The translations under genes and the position numbers were made by a program. A stretch of DNA of 64,000 nucleotides from Callorhinchus milii (lineage: Eukaryota): assembly GCF_018977255.1 (NCBI RefSeq), contig NW_024704742.1:123754001-123818000 (forward strand), in the 5' to 3' direction. Below are positions 1 through 10,950 of the stretch, piece after piece. The notes under the pieces were generated by a model, which was not told where the DNA came from, made no database searches, and saw only the letters and a program-made list of their open reading frames with translations. Within the stretch, counting starts at the first letter, position 1. Each line of letters opens with the position of its first letter.

Positions 1-195
1 GTGACGTTTGACATCCAGAAAAAAAAAGCTCACAATGTAAGGAAATGATTACCAAAGAGAAGCAAAATCCACCTTACTGCACTCAGTCCAAATGTAATAA
101 TATTAATCCTGGCAAATATATATTGTAAAGACTGTGCATTTTATGAACAGTGAATCAAACAAATAAACATTATTGGTATTAATATTATTTTTGGA

Positions 196-2350
196 CTGCG
201 ATAATGCATAGATTTGTGACGAATCTAGTTGAATTTTTTTTGAGGAGGTCACTCACATGATAATAAGAGTGTGTCTATGGATGTTGTCTATATGGACTTT
301 CAGAAGGCATTTGATAAGGTTCCGCACAAGACGTTATTAGCAAAAATGAAAGCGCCATGGAATCAGAAGTAATCTTGTTTCAGGGCTTGGGAATTGGTTG
401 GAGGCAGGAAACAGAGAGTAGGGATAAAGGGAACGTTCTTTGATTGTCAGGATGTGACAAGTCCCTTGCAACGTCCTCCCGATGTGAAAGGCTCTATACA
501 AATGTCATTTTGTATTGTTTCTGTATTGTAAGTGATGCTCCCAGGGGATGTGTCCTGGAACCTCAACTTTTCACGATATGTATATAAATGGCCTGAATGA
601 AGAAATAGAGAGTTGTATGTCCAAATTTGCAGCTACCATGAAGTTAGGAGACACAATAAATTGTGTAGATGGGAGCAGAAAGTTACAAAGGGCCAGACAG
701 ATTAAGTGAGTGGGTAAAACTGTGGCAGATGGAGTTCATGTGTGGAAGTTTAAGGTCATCCACTATGGATCCAAGAAAGTCAAATTGGAATATTTTCTTA
801 ACGGTGAGAAACTAAGAACTGTGCAGGCTCAAAGGGATTTGGGAATCCACGCACACAACCATTAAAAACTAGATCACAAATACAAAAAGTAATCAAAAGA
901 CCAATGGGATGTTGGCCTTGACCTCGGGGGGGGGGGGGGGCTGGAATACAACAACAACAAGATTACATTTGTATAGCGCCTTTCACATCGGGAGGACGTC
1001 CCAAGGCGCTGGACAGTGTACAGCATTTCAGACCCGAGCTGGGGTCAGGGGGGGAGAAGGAAGGGGAGGGGAAGGGGGGTGGCTGATGGCATGGTCGAAG
1101 AGGAGGGTTTTGAGGCAGGACTTGAAGGAGGATAAGGAGGGGGCGAGGTGGAGTGATTGGGGGATAGAATTCCAGAGGTTGGGGGCAGAGTGGCTGAAGG
1201 CTCTCCCGCCAATAGTGCCAATAGTGGGGCGGGTGGGTTGGGGGACGTGGAGCAGGCCAGAGCCGGCTGGGCAGAGGGAACGGGTGGGTTGGTAGGGGGT
1301 TAGGAGGTCGCAGATGTAGGGTGGTGCGAGGGCATGTAGAACTTTGAAGGTGAGGACCAGGATTTTGAACTGGATCTTCTGAAGGATAGGGAGCCAATGG
1401 AGTCGGGCGAGAATGGGGGAGATGGGGTCATGGAGTTTGGTTCAGGAGAGGACACGGGCTGCAGAGTTCTGGATTATCTGCAGCCTGTGGAGGGAGGAGT
1501 TGGGAAAGAGGACAAGCAGGGAGTTTGCATAGTTGAGCCTGGAAATGATGAAGGCAATAAGCAAGAATTTCAGCAGGGTGAGGTAGTGGCAGTCAGGTGA
1601 TGTTACGGAGGTGAGGAAAGGCAGAGCAGATCATGGCTTGGATGTGGGGAAGCAAAGACAGTTGAGGGTCGAACAAGACACCTAGGTTCCTCACTGGCTT
1701 GGTGAGTTGAAGTATGCAACCATGCAGGTACAAAGGTGTGGAAAAGATACTTCAGTTATACAGAGTCTTGGTCAGACCCCATCTGGAGTACTGCGTTCGG
1801 ATTTGGGCACCGTTTCTCAGTAAAGCTATGTTGGCACTGGAAGGGGGTATAGCGCAGATTCACCAAATGATACCAGAGCTTAAAGGCTTAAATTATGAGG
1901 CCAGGTCGCATAAACTTGGTTTGTATTCCCTTGAATTTAGAAGGTTGAGGGGTGATCTAATTGAGGTGTTTAAAATAATAGAGATTTTATAGGGTAACTA
2001 CATAACCACTCAAGGATGCTATGCCGTGTGAAAGTTGTTGTACAGAGAAACTATTTCCTCTGGTGGGGGAATCAGAACAAGGGGATATAAATCCTGAAAT
2101 TAGAGCTGGGCCAGTTGGGAGTGAAATTTAGAAACACTTTTTCACACAAAGAGTAATGGAAATCTGGAACTCTCTCCCCAGAAGGTTGTGGATGCTGGTA
2201 CCCATTTAAACTTTCCAGAATGAGGTCGATACATTTTGTTAGGTATCAAGGGATATGGAGCAAAGGCGAGTAAATGGAATTAAGTATCAGATCAGCCATG
2301 ATCTACAGGTTGGAGGGATTGAATGGCCTACTCCTGTTCGTATGTTTCTA
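196..2350 (+). mobile_element. Decayed CR1 LINE (RT region to 3' end), interrupted by an L2 insertion and a short L2 tail near 465-530
   Basis: Encodes VYMDFQKAFDKVPH and [13 protein letters not shown]...LGLYSLEFRRLRGDLIEVFKI. CR1-type 3' end GAATGGCCTACTCCTGTT. Confidence 0.85.
952..1728 (-). mobile_element. 5'-truncated L2 LINE nested in CR1
   Basis: Reverse complement of the L2 3' end (CAACAACAAGATTACATTTGTATAGCGCCTTTCACATCGGGAGGACGTCCCAAGGCGC). Candidate target-site duplication TACAA at 947-951 and 1729-1733. Confidence 0.85.
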
Positions 2351-2389
2351 TAAATGAAAATTCCCCGTAGTTTTACGGTAAATTGTATT

Positions 2390-2670
2390 TTGTAGGCAAA
2401 TTGAGAATCAAACAGCAATGTCCCAGAAACAGCCATGAAGTGACTGACCAATTTATGGGGGACTGATGAGTCATGGGAAATTTGCCATCCACCTGAACGC
2501 AGGACATTGGTTTAACATCTCACCAAAGGAAGATTAAAGTCTTATTCAGCACAGCAATGAAGTCTTAAGCCTAGATTATGTGAGTTCAAAGTCGCGATAT
2601 AGGGTTTGAACACACAACCTTCTGATTCAGAGGTTGGGGTGCTCCAACTGAGCTTGGCTGACACCTAAAG
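2390..2670 (-). mobile_element. Old Deu-type (SacSINE1-like) SINE
   Basis: Reverse tRNA-like head (GGGTTTGAACACACAACCTTCTGATTCAGAG). Related decayed copies at about 4990-5290, 17750-18140 and 27570-27950 (-) and 25500-25680 (+). Confidence 0.55.
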
Positions 2671-3402
2671 GGGAAAGGTTATTTTTTGTCATTAAGCATA
2701 AGGACTTTATGCTCATATAATTTGTTTTAAAAGCACACATTATCAGGTTGCTACAACTATCGCAAGTGGAATTTCATCCCTTGCTTAATAATAAAGATAA
2801 AAGTTTCTGCTGATATTAACACTTTGGCCAAATGGATATTAAAATGGATAGCATAATATGTAGTTTGTTGACCAAAGTTACATTTAAGCATTCTGACCAT
2901 ATAACCGTTAGGTCCTTTCAGCACCTTGTTTTGCCAAGTTTGTTTAGACTGAAGGAATAGCATGGGCTGTGAAATGAGAGAAGACAACTCAGAGGGGACT
3001 TCATAGAGATGTAGAAAATTTTAATTGGAATTGAAAAAGTAAACTCAGATCAATACTTCAGGATCCACCAAGTCAGTAAGTTTAGAGTTGCAGTTTCAGG
3101 ACAGATACCAGCAAGTTTTCTTTAGTCAGAGGATAATTAATAACTGGAACAAGAAGGGTAGTTGAGGTCAGGATACTGGTCTCACTGAAAAAGCAGCTTG
3201 ATAATGCAACAGGAGGACATCACTGTGGGTGATTTAGAGGAAGGAAGTCAGATGGGCCAAAGAGCATCATCATCTATGTAAATCTTGTGATATTGGCAAG
3301 AACACTGGCAACATTGTGCAGCTGGTTTCAAAAAAAGTTTCTGCAGCTCAGCTTAGTTTTAATAACTGATGCCTTCAAAGTAAGGATAAGATAGATTATG
3401 GA

Positions 3403-3459
3403 AAATACAGTTGTTTTTAGGAAAACATGATGGGTATTTTCCTAAAAACAACTGTATTT
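3403..3459. repeat. Perfect 23-bp inverted repeat with an 11-nt loop
   Basis: AAATACAGTTGTTTTTAGGAAAA (3403-3425) and TTTTCCTAAAAACAACTGTATTT (3437-3459) are exact reverse complements. Confidence 0.9.
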
Positions 3460-3482
3460 CCTAAAATCTATCCTCCCCTTTA

Positions 3483-4075
3483 GGGAAGTTATAGTAAACT
3501 TCTATAGAACCTCGGTTAGACCACACGTAGAATACTGTGTGAAGTTCTGGTCCCCACATTTTAGAAGGGACGTAGAGGCACTGGAGAAGGTGCAAAGGAG
3601 ATTCACAAGGATGATCCCAGAACTGAGAGGTTATACCTATCAGGAAAGGCTGAACATACTTGGACTCTTTTCTCTTGAAAAGAGCAGGGTAAGGGGTGAC
3701 TTGATAGAGGTCTTTAAAATGATGAAAGGTATTGATAAAGTAGACATAGGGAAGATGTTTTCACTTGTGGGGGAGACCAAATCCAGGGGCCATCAATATA
3801 AAATGGTCACAAATAGATCAAATAGGGAAGTTAGAAGAAATTTCTTCACACAGAGAGAATGTGAAACATGCTACCACAAGGAGTTGTTGAAGCAAATAGC
3901 AAAGATGTATTTAAGGGGAAGCTAGATAGGTACATGAGGGAGAAAGGAATAGAAGGTATGCTTGAAGGCTTAATTGAGAAACGGCAGGAGAAAGCTCATG
4001 TGGAGCATATACCAGCATAGACCAGTTGGGCCGAATGGCCTGTTTCTGTGCTGTATATTCTAATGTATTCAAATG
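3483..4075 (+). mobile_element. CR1 LINE 3' fragment
   Basis: ORF KFWSPHFRRDVEALEKVQRRFTRMIP...RGDLIEVFK; tail GGGCCGAATGGCCTGTTTCTGTGCTGTA. Confidence 0.9.
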
Positions 4076-5471
4076 TATTTGGACAATGTTGGAGTGTCCT
4101 ACAGTATTCCAACAAAAGACCTGTTGCAAATTAAAGAAATCTGTTTCTTTCCAACTACTTGCTGCAAGAAACTAAATGAGCAAATGCAGTAAGATGTAGA
4201 AACTTAGCAGCAGCAATGTACTTATAGCAACAGATGCATAGGAATGTTTGGAATCTGGATGGATCCCATTGTGCTGGGACATAGTGTAAATTGGTATCAA
4301 AGCTGGAATATAATCAGAAATACAAATCAGCATATAAGCAATACAGTCCAATACTATGTACATTTATAAAGCACCTTTCATGTTGGGAAAATACCTCAAA
4401 ATACTTGATACTGCTGTGGGAATGGGAGCCAAGCATTGTGGGAGGGGAGAGATGATCAAAAGCATGGTTAAAGAGATATGTTTAGAGACTGGCTTATTAC
4501 AAGGTTAGGGAGAGAGATAGTCAAAGTACTCTGGGATGGAGTTCCATAGCAAGGGCACACTGGGTGAACTTATCATCACAAATGGTGGATCAAAGAACTA
4601 GGAAGGGTTTGAAAAAAGGAACAGACAAGATCCTGCCAATTAAACAGATTCAGACCTGTTCAATTTAGAGATTGGATACATTGGGAAATTGAATTGGTAG
4701 TACAGTATATGTGGATTTGTTCTGTCTATATCTTTTACTTGATGGCATGTTCATTAGCACATAAATCTGCTCAGCATTCCATCAAAATATTGCTAAGCAC
4801 CAGCTATATCTAATTTATCAATGGTCTAATTTGGATACCAGAAAAATGAAGGCTTTATTTATGTTGTGTTGCGTTGTTCATCATGCAGCTGGCAAGAATT
4901 TCCTGGTATCTCTATCCACTTAGCAAGAGCTCTGCCAAAGAGCTAGCCAAATGTCTATGTCCAAATAGTTCTTATCTTCAGGGGAGGAGGAGGAAGCTAA
5001 ACGTGGCCTCTCGGGGGCTGAGTTGGTTCCAAGATTACGCTGCTGCCAAAGGAAGATCAGAATCAAGTTGATCCTTTCAAATACTTCCATGAGATCTTTA
5101 ATATCTACCCAAACAGGTAGACAAGAACTCAGTTTAATGTCTCGGCTGAATACTAGCACCTCTATCAATGCAGCACTCGCCCAGTACTGCATTGGATTAT
5201 CTTAAATTCAAAGTCCCAATTTAGAGTTTTAATCCATAACCTTCAGACTCCAAGGGAAAAGTGCTACCAAATTGAGCAAGGCTGAAATCTACCCAGCCAG
5301 GCTGAAATGCTTTTTAAAAATGGATTCTAGACTTTAAATATTTTCAATTTGCCTGTTCAGTGGTATCTGATACAAACTAAATTACAAGCCTAAGCAAAAA
5401 CTTTCAAAACTAATTACCTCAATTAATGTGATTTTATTTATTTTATATTTTAGCTGCACCATCCTGCTGGT

Positions 5472-5512
5472 TGGGCATCTGTTGCTGTAAGTGGGCATCT
5501 GTTGCTGTAAGT
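5472..5512 (+). repeat. 20-bp tandem duplication containing a GTAAGT splice-donor consensus
   Basis: TGGGCATCTGTTGCTGTAAG occurs twice in tandem. Confidence 0.85.
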
Positions 5513-5884
5513 ACATAGCTGCTGTGTTTTCTACATCCAGCACATTTGATAACTTAGTGTATTTGAAACATGACACAAGAGAGGCTCAGATGAAGAAAGC
5601 CCTTTGGCCTACTTGATCTCTTCCTTGCTTCCAGAATACCTATCCTAACATCCTCACAGCAATGCATTAATTAGTTTTTTTTAAGTATGTCCAAGTTCTG
5701 TGTTGTTGTCATCCTCACCTCAATCACCCTCACTGGTAACTGGTTTCAGTCATTAATTACTCTTCGGGTAAATACATATTTTCTGTTGTTTGTACTGAAA
5801 TTGTCCTTTGCAACTTTAAACTTGTGTCCCCTTGTTCTGTTGTGTGCTAGGAACAAAGGGATTAAACAGCTCCTAAATTTAGTA

Positions 5885-6450
5885 ACATAGAAACAGGAAT
5901 AGGCTATTCAGCCCCTCGAGCCTGTTCCACCATTCTATACGGTCATGGCTGATATGTACCTCAAGTTCAATTTCCTGCCTTTGCCCCATATCCCTTAATA
6001 TCCTAATCTAACAAACACCTATCCACCTCAGCCTTGAAGATGTGAATAGATCCAGCATCTTCAGCCTTTTGGGGGAGAGATTTCCAGATTACACTATCCT
6101 TTGGGTGAAAAACTGCCTCCTGATTTCACTCCTAAATGGTTTAGCTCTAATTTTAAGATTGTGCCCCTTTGTTCTGGATTCCCCCACCAGAGGAAATAGT
6201 TTCTCTGTATCTACTCTATCAAATCCCTTTATTATTTTAAAAACCTCAATTTGATCACCCTTCAACCTTCTAAACTCAAAGGAATAGAGACCCAAGTTTA
6301 TTCAACCCTTCCTCATAATTAACCCTTTTAGCCCTGATATAATTCTGGTGAATCTGCTTTGCACCCTCTCCAAAGCCAATATATCTTTCCTGAGATATGG
6401 CGCAGAAAACTGAACACTGTACTCCAGATGGGGTCTAACAAGGCTCTAAG
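5885..6450 (-). mobile_element. CR1 LINE 3' fragment
   Basis: Minus-strand ORF GLYSFEFRRLKGDQIEVFKIIKGFDRV...FFTQRIV. Confidence 0.9.
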
Positions 6451-6919
6451 GGACGTTAATGAAGGTCCAAGCTGATCCAAAAAATACTTCTGAAGGAAGC
6501 CTCTCCTCAGTCGTTAAAACTTTGAACTTTTTATTGCTCATCAGAAATTATTAAACTCATATTTAATGGCTTAGTGGTTAAAGGCACTGCTTTGTACATC
6601 ATTAAACCATGCAGACCAGTGAGTTACAATTCAAATTTGAGTCTGTTCTGAGGTATCTGATCTAAACTGGGCAGCATCTGGGCACTACTAGGTTATTGTA
6701 CTGCCTTGCCAGATTCTGGTGAAAAGATTTAATGTGCTGTATTTTTAAATGATCATACTGGGAAGCATGTTTGTTCCTCTCTCTCTCTCCCCCACCCCCA
6801 AAAAACCTTTCTGGGCCCCCAAAACATTCCAGCGCCTTGGGACATTCTCCTGACGTGAAAGGCGCTTTACAAATGTAATTTTGTTGTTGTTATTGTTTGT
6901 TTGCTGTTGTTCTGCCCTA

Positions 6920-7145
6920 CCCCCTCTGGAACTCCATCCTGGATTCCCTTTGCCTCACCCCTTCCTTTACCTTCTTCAAAGCCCATCTCAAGACCTTCCT
7001 CTTTGACCATGCCTTTGGTGATCCTCCCATACCTAACCCCCCTTGTCCTCCACCCCTCTTGGTTCCAACACCCAGCTCGGGTGCTACCTTTGGGATGTCC
7101 TTCTGCCATGAAAGGTGCTTTATAAATGCAATTTATTGTTGTTCT
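6920..7145 (+). mobile_element. L2 3' fragment, preceded by another L2 tail at about 6828-6900
   Basis: LWNS...FKAHLKTFLF peptide and the shared L2 tail ending in (TTG)n. Confidence 0.75.
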
Positions 7146-7813
7146 CTCCTGTTTTTACCAACATTGCGTGCACTGCCTTACCAAGACGGGCATCCCCCCC
7201 ACCACCATTGCAGACAATGGTTTTACCAACATGGATCGTGCAGGGCCCATTGGGGTACCAGTGACCTTTTTTTTGTGCCTCCTAGACACTACTGTAATCC
7301 ACTTTAGCATCTCTAGATAAGGTGGGTGAAAAATCAGATAGTTCTCTCGATTCTGATCTAGGAACCCTGCAAGAAGGAATATCTCAACATTAGATCAGTA
7401 TGTGATAAAACTTGTCTATAATGTTTCCCATGATCAAAAAACATGTCAGAGTTGTATGAGGTATTTACATGTGCACTGCTTGCAAAAGGAAGCTGTTTAC
7501 CCTGAGATTCCTCTATGAGGTAATTTGCTTGTAAGAAATCACAAATGTCAAGTTACACTTAATGTTAAATGCCTTAAAAATGCTGAGCAATTCACTGAAC
7601 ATTGATGCAGTGTTTTGAATATTAAAAAAAAGGCTTTCAATGCATGTAATTGAGGGAGAAGTGAATAGGGAGTGTAAACTCTGGCATGGATTAGTTTAGT
7701 TCGATAGCCTGTTTGGCGCCTATTCAGTTTATGTAACTCTATACATTAACAAGTTCAACACTGATTAACAGGAAGTGTGCATCACCACATTGTGGGTGAA
7801 TCGACACTGAAAG

Positions 7814-10800
7814 ATGATGAGCCTTATTGATGAAAAGAGAACTGACCTTATACTGGACGCTGTGCTGCACAAAATCTTTGAAAATGAGGCACACTCCTTA
7901 CAAGAAAAGGACTGCGCTCAAAACATATTCCACAATGTTTCAGAAGAGGGAATGGTGGAACTGGCCTGTTATGAAAGAGTAACAGACAAGAATGCACATG
8001 AATTCAGCTGTATCATGAAGTATGAAGAACACAGCCCGGAAGAATTAAACAGTATGCTAAGGAAGGAACCTAAAACATACAAAAGTTGTCAATTATGGTT
8101 GAAATCACATGAGTGTGGAAAAGCTTGCCCTGTCGATGGAACAGTAGATGACATTGCAGTAAATGGCAGGATTAACTGTGGAACAGCTTTTCCTGGAGAG
8201 GAAGTTGTGGTGCGGATAACAAAAAAGCATGAGGATGATCTTTATGGTAAGGTCATTGGAGTCACAAAGCGAGAGATTGGAAAGCTTAAGAACATCATTT
8301 GTTACATTGACTCTGATGACTGTAATTTAATGATTCCAGTAAACATGCGATACAAAATTAAGATTCATAACCCAACCAAAAAGGACCAGCCTAAAAATTG
8401 TGTATGTGTCTGGGACGTAAATCTTTCAAATTCAACTCCAATAGTAAGATTTAAATATGTACAGACAAGGAGCACGGGAAACAATCTTTTTGTTGTTCAA
8501 TGCTTGAAATGGCTTCCACAATGTGATTATCCTCTGGGGATTGTCACAAGAGAGATACTGCCAGGAAATAGTAAACAAAATGGAATGAATATTTTACAAA
8601 TCCAGTATGAGTTAAACGGAAACATATTCTCTTGCACAGAATCCCTTCAGCAGCCTTCACAGAAAGGAAGAAAGGATTATACAAGGGATTGCGTTTTCAC
8701 AATTGATGATAAGGGTTCCAAAGACATCGATGATGCCATCAGTGTCCGTGAGCTAGATGGAAAATATGAAATAGGTATTCATATTGCTGATGTCTCAGCT
8801 TTTTTACAAAAAGATGGTGATGTTGACGTTGAAGCCAAGAATCGTGCAACCTCTTTCTATTCACCTTGCCATAAAGGTGAACCAATTCACATGCTGCCAA
8901 AAGAGCTCAGTGAGGTGCACTGCAGTTTACTGCCAGATTCAGTGAGATGTGCATTTGCAGTTCTGTTTTCTGTAGACAAAAGAAATTTCAAAATAGTTGA
9001 AAAGCCAACAATAGAAAGGACTGTGATCATTTCCAAACGTGCCTTTACATACAAAGAAGCTGCAGAGCTTCTTGCTCAGTCACCCAAGATACTGAATGCC
9101 ACCAGCTTCGAAGGATGTATGAATATCGTAGTCAGCTTTGCAGATCGTCTTAGAGAAGAACGTTTGAAAGAAGGTTGGCATCTAGTCAGTCTCTTTAATA
9201 CAATTCACGATGAACACAGACCACGTGGTATGATTGAGGAGCTTATGATTTTAGCCAACAGAACAGTGGCAGAAATATTGCTGAGAAATGAAACAACCAA
9301 AAATCTCACTCCACTTTGCATTCAACCAAAACCTAAATCTTCAAAGTTGTCTGCTTTCCAAAATGTTGTGAAGCCAATCTTACCAATATCTCCATATCTA
9401 AGATCCTGCATAGAGCATACCATGTCTGGCGGAAAACATCCTTTATGTAGCACCTCACTTAAAGAAGTATTTATTCTGGAACCTGTGTGGAGAAAGCTTA
9501 TTGAGTTCCAACAATGTCATCATTATGATAAAATGAAAACCCTGCTCTTTTGTGAAAAGCTCCACCCCCAGCTGGCAGCTGCCCAAGAGAGTGAGAAATT
9601 CTTTTGGAATACAGCCTACATGGTTCGTGCAGGATTAATCAGACCTGATACAAATCATCATTTCTCCTTAAGAGTCAATGCTTACACAAGGTTCACGTCA
9701 CCAATAAGACGGTATATGGATATTGTGGTACATCGTCTTTTGGAGTCAGTTGTGTTGAACAAGAGTGAAGCTCCTTATACTACTGAAGAGATTGATGATA
9801 TTTGCCGACATTTCAACCTCAAAACTGAGGACAGCAAAAAATATTCCTCACGGACAAAACAACTGGAAGAAGCAGAGGAACTGCAGAAAAATCCTAGACA
9901 GCAACTGGCTGTTCTTTTTAAAATACAGAAAGGAAAGTCAAGTCTGAGTGTTTTGTTTCCAGATCAACAATTTGAAAAAATGAATTCACTTCCACTAAAG
10001 CTTACCGTCTTGGGTTTAGATGAGCAAGCTCAATTTAAGGATGGTTCATTAACCTTGAAATGGCAGAGAAAGATTTTCTGCCCAAATAAGAGTGAAATAT
10101 TTCCTTCTGCTGATACTGTTATGGACACTACTGGGCACACTATTAGCGTACAAGCAAAAACGTGGATTGCATTGCAAAAAGCCATTTGCATTGGTGACCA
10201 CCAAACAGTCAGAGAACTTTTAGACAAAGAGAATTGTTCCCAAAAATGTTTGCGAAGTCACAAACTGGTATCAAAACAGCCTGAAAAGGACACAAATGAT
10301 TATCAATTGCTGTCAATGACAATAAAGAATGGCAGTGTGCTAAAAATGCAGAGAGCACCAAACTTGCATTGTGGCTTCCTGAAACCTAACATCCAGGTGG
10401 TTTACTTGAACAAGCAAGTAGACATTTGCATTGAACACGCTCGAGATCCAGAATTGTGCTTCACAAAGACTGATTGTGGTGAAGTCAAAGGTGCAAATTT
10501 CATCAACATAAAAGATTACATTGAGAGATGGATTCCAATTATTGAAATTGAGGCCGCTGTAAATTCTGTTATGCAAAATGACCCAATGGTGTTCCTCAAT
10601 GTGGAAACATATTGGGTTGAGGGTTCACCTTCATCTGGGAGCTTCAAGATTGACAGTAGCTACACTGACATAGACAAACTAGAGAAAGTAATAACAGCAG
10701 GTGATTTAGTTTGCATCCGACATTCATATGCAATGAACGAATCAAATCACAAATCCACATTACTGGTTGATATTAACCCTAATGAGACAACATGGGTTGC

Positions 10801-10950
10801 ACATTGCGTCATCACTGCTTCTGAAAAGATACCTCCTTACCTAGAAGTGACATTTCAATTACATCACTGTGCATCGGAAGCTCCTCCTCATGTATATGTA
10901 TCGAATCAGCCATCTACAATTGAGATCATGTCCCAAAGAATGGAAGACAG
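7814..10950 (+). CDS. helz2-like: Giant first coding exon (3137 nt) of the HELZ2-like gene, containing the cold-shock-like region and the RNB domain
   Basis: 1051-aa ORF in the track. Donor GACAG|GTATGT at 10950/10951. In-frame TGA at 7808-7810 precedes the ATG. Possible acceptor TTAACAG ending at 7771. Confidence 0.9.

Noticed and set aside
2700..7800. Interferon-stimulated response element upstream of the HELZ2-like gene
   Set aside because: Only weak partial matches by eye (e.g. GAAAAAGTAAACT near 3033) and the TSS is unknown, so it is not supportable.
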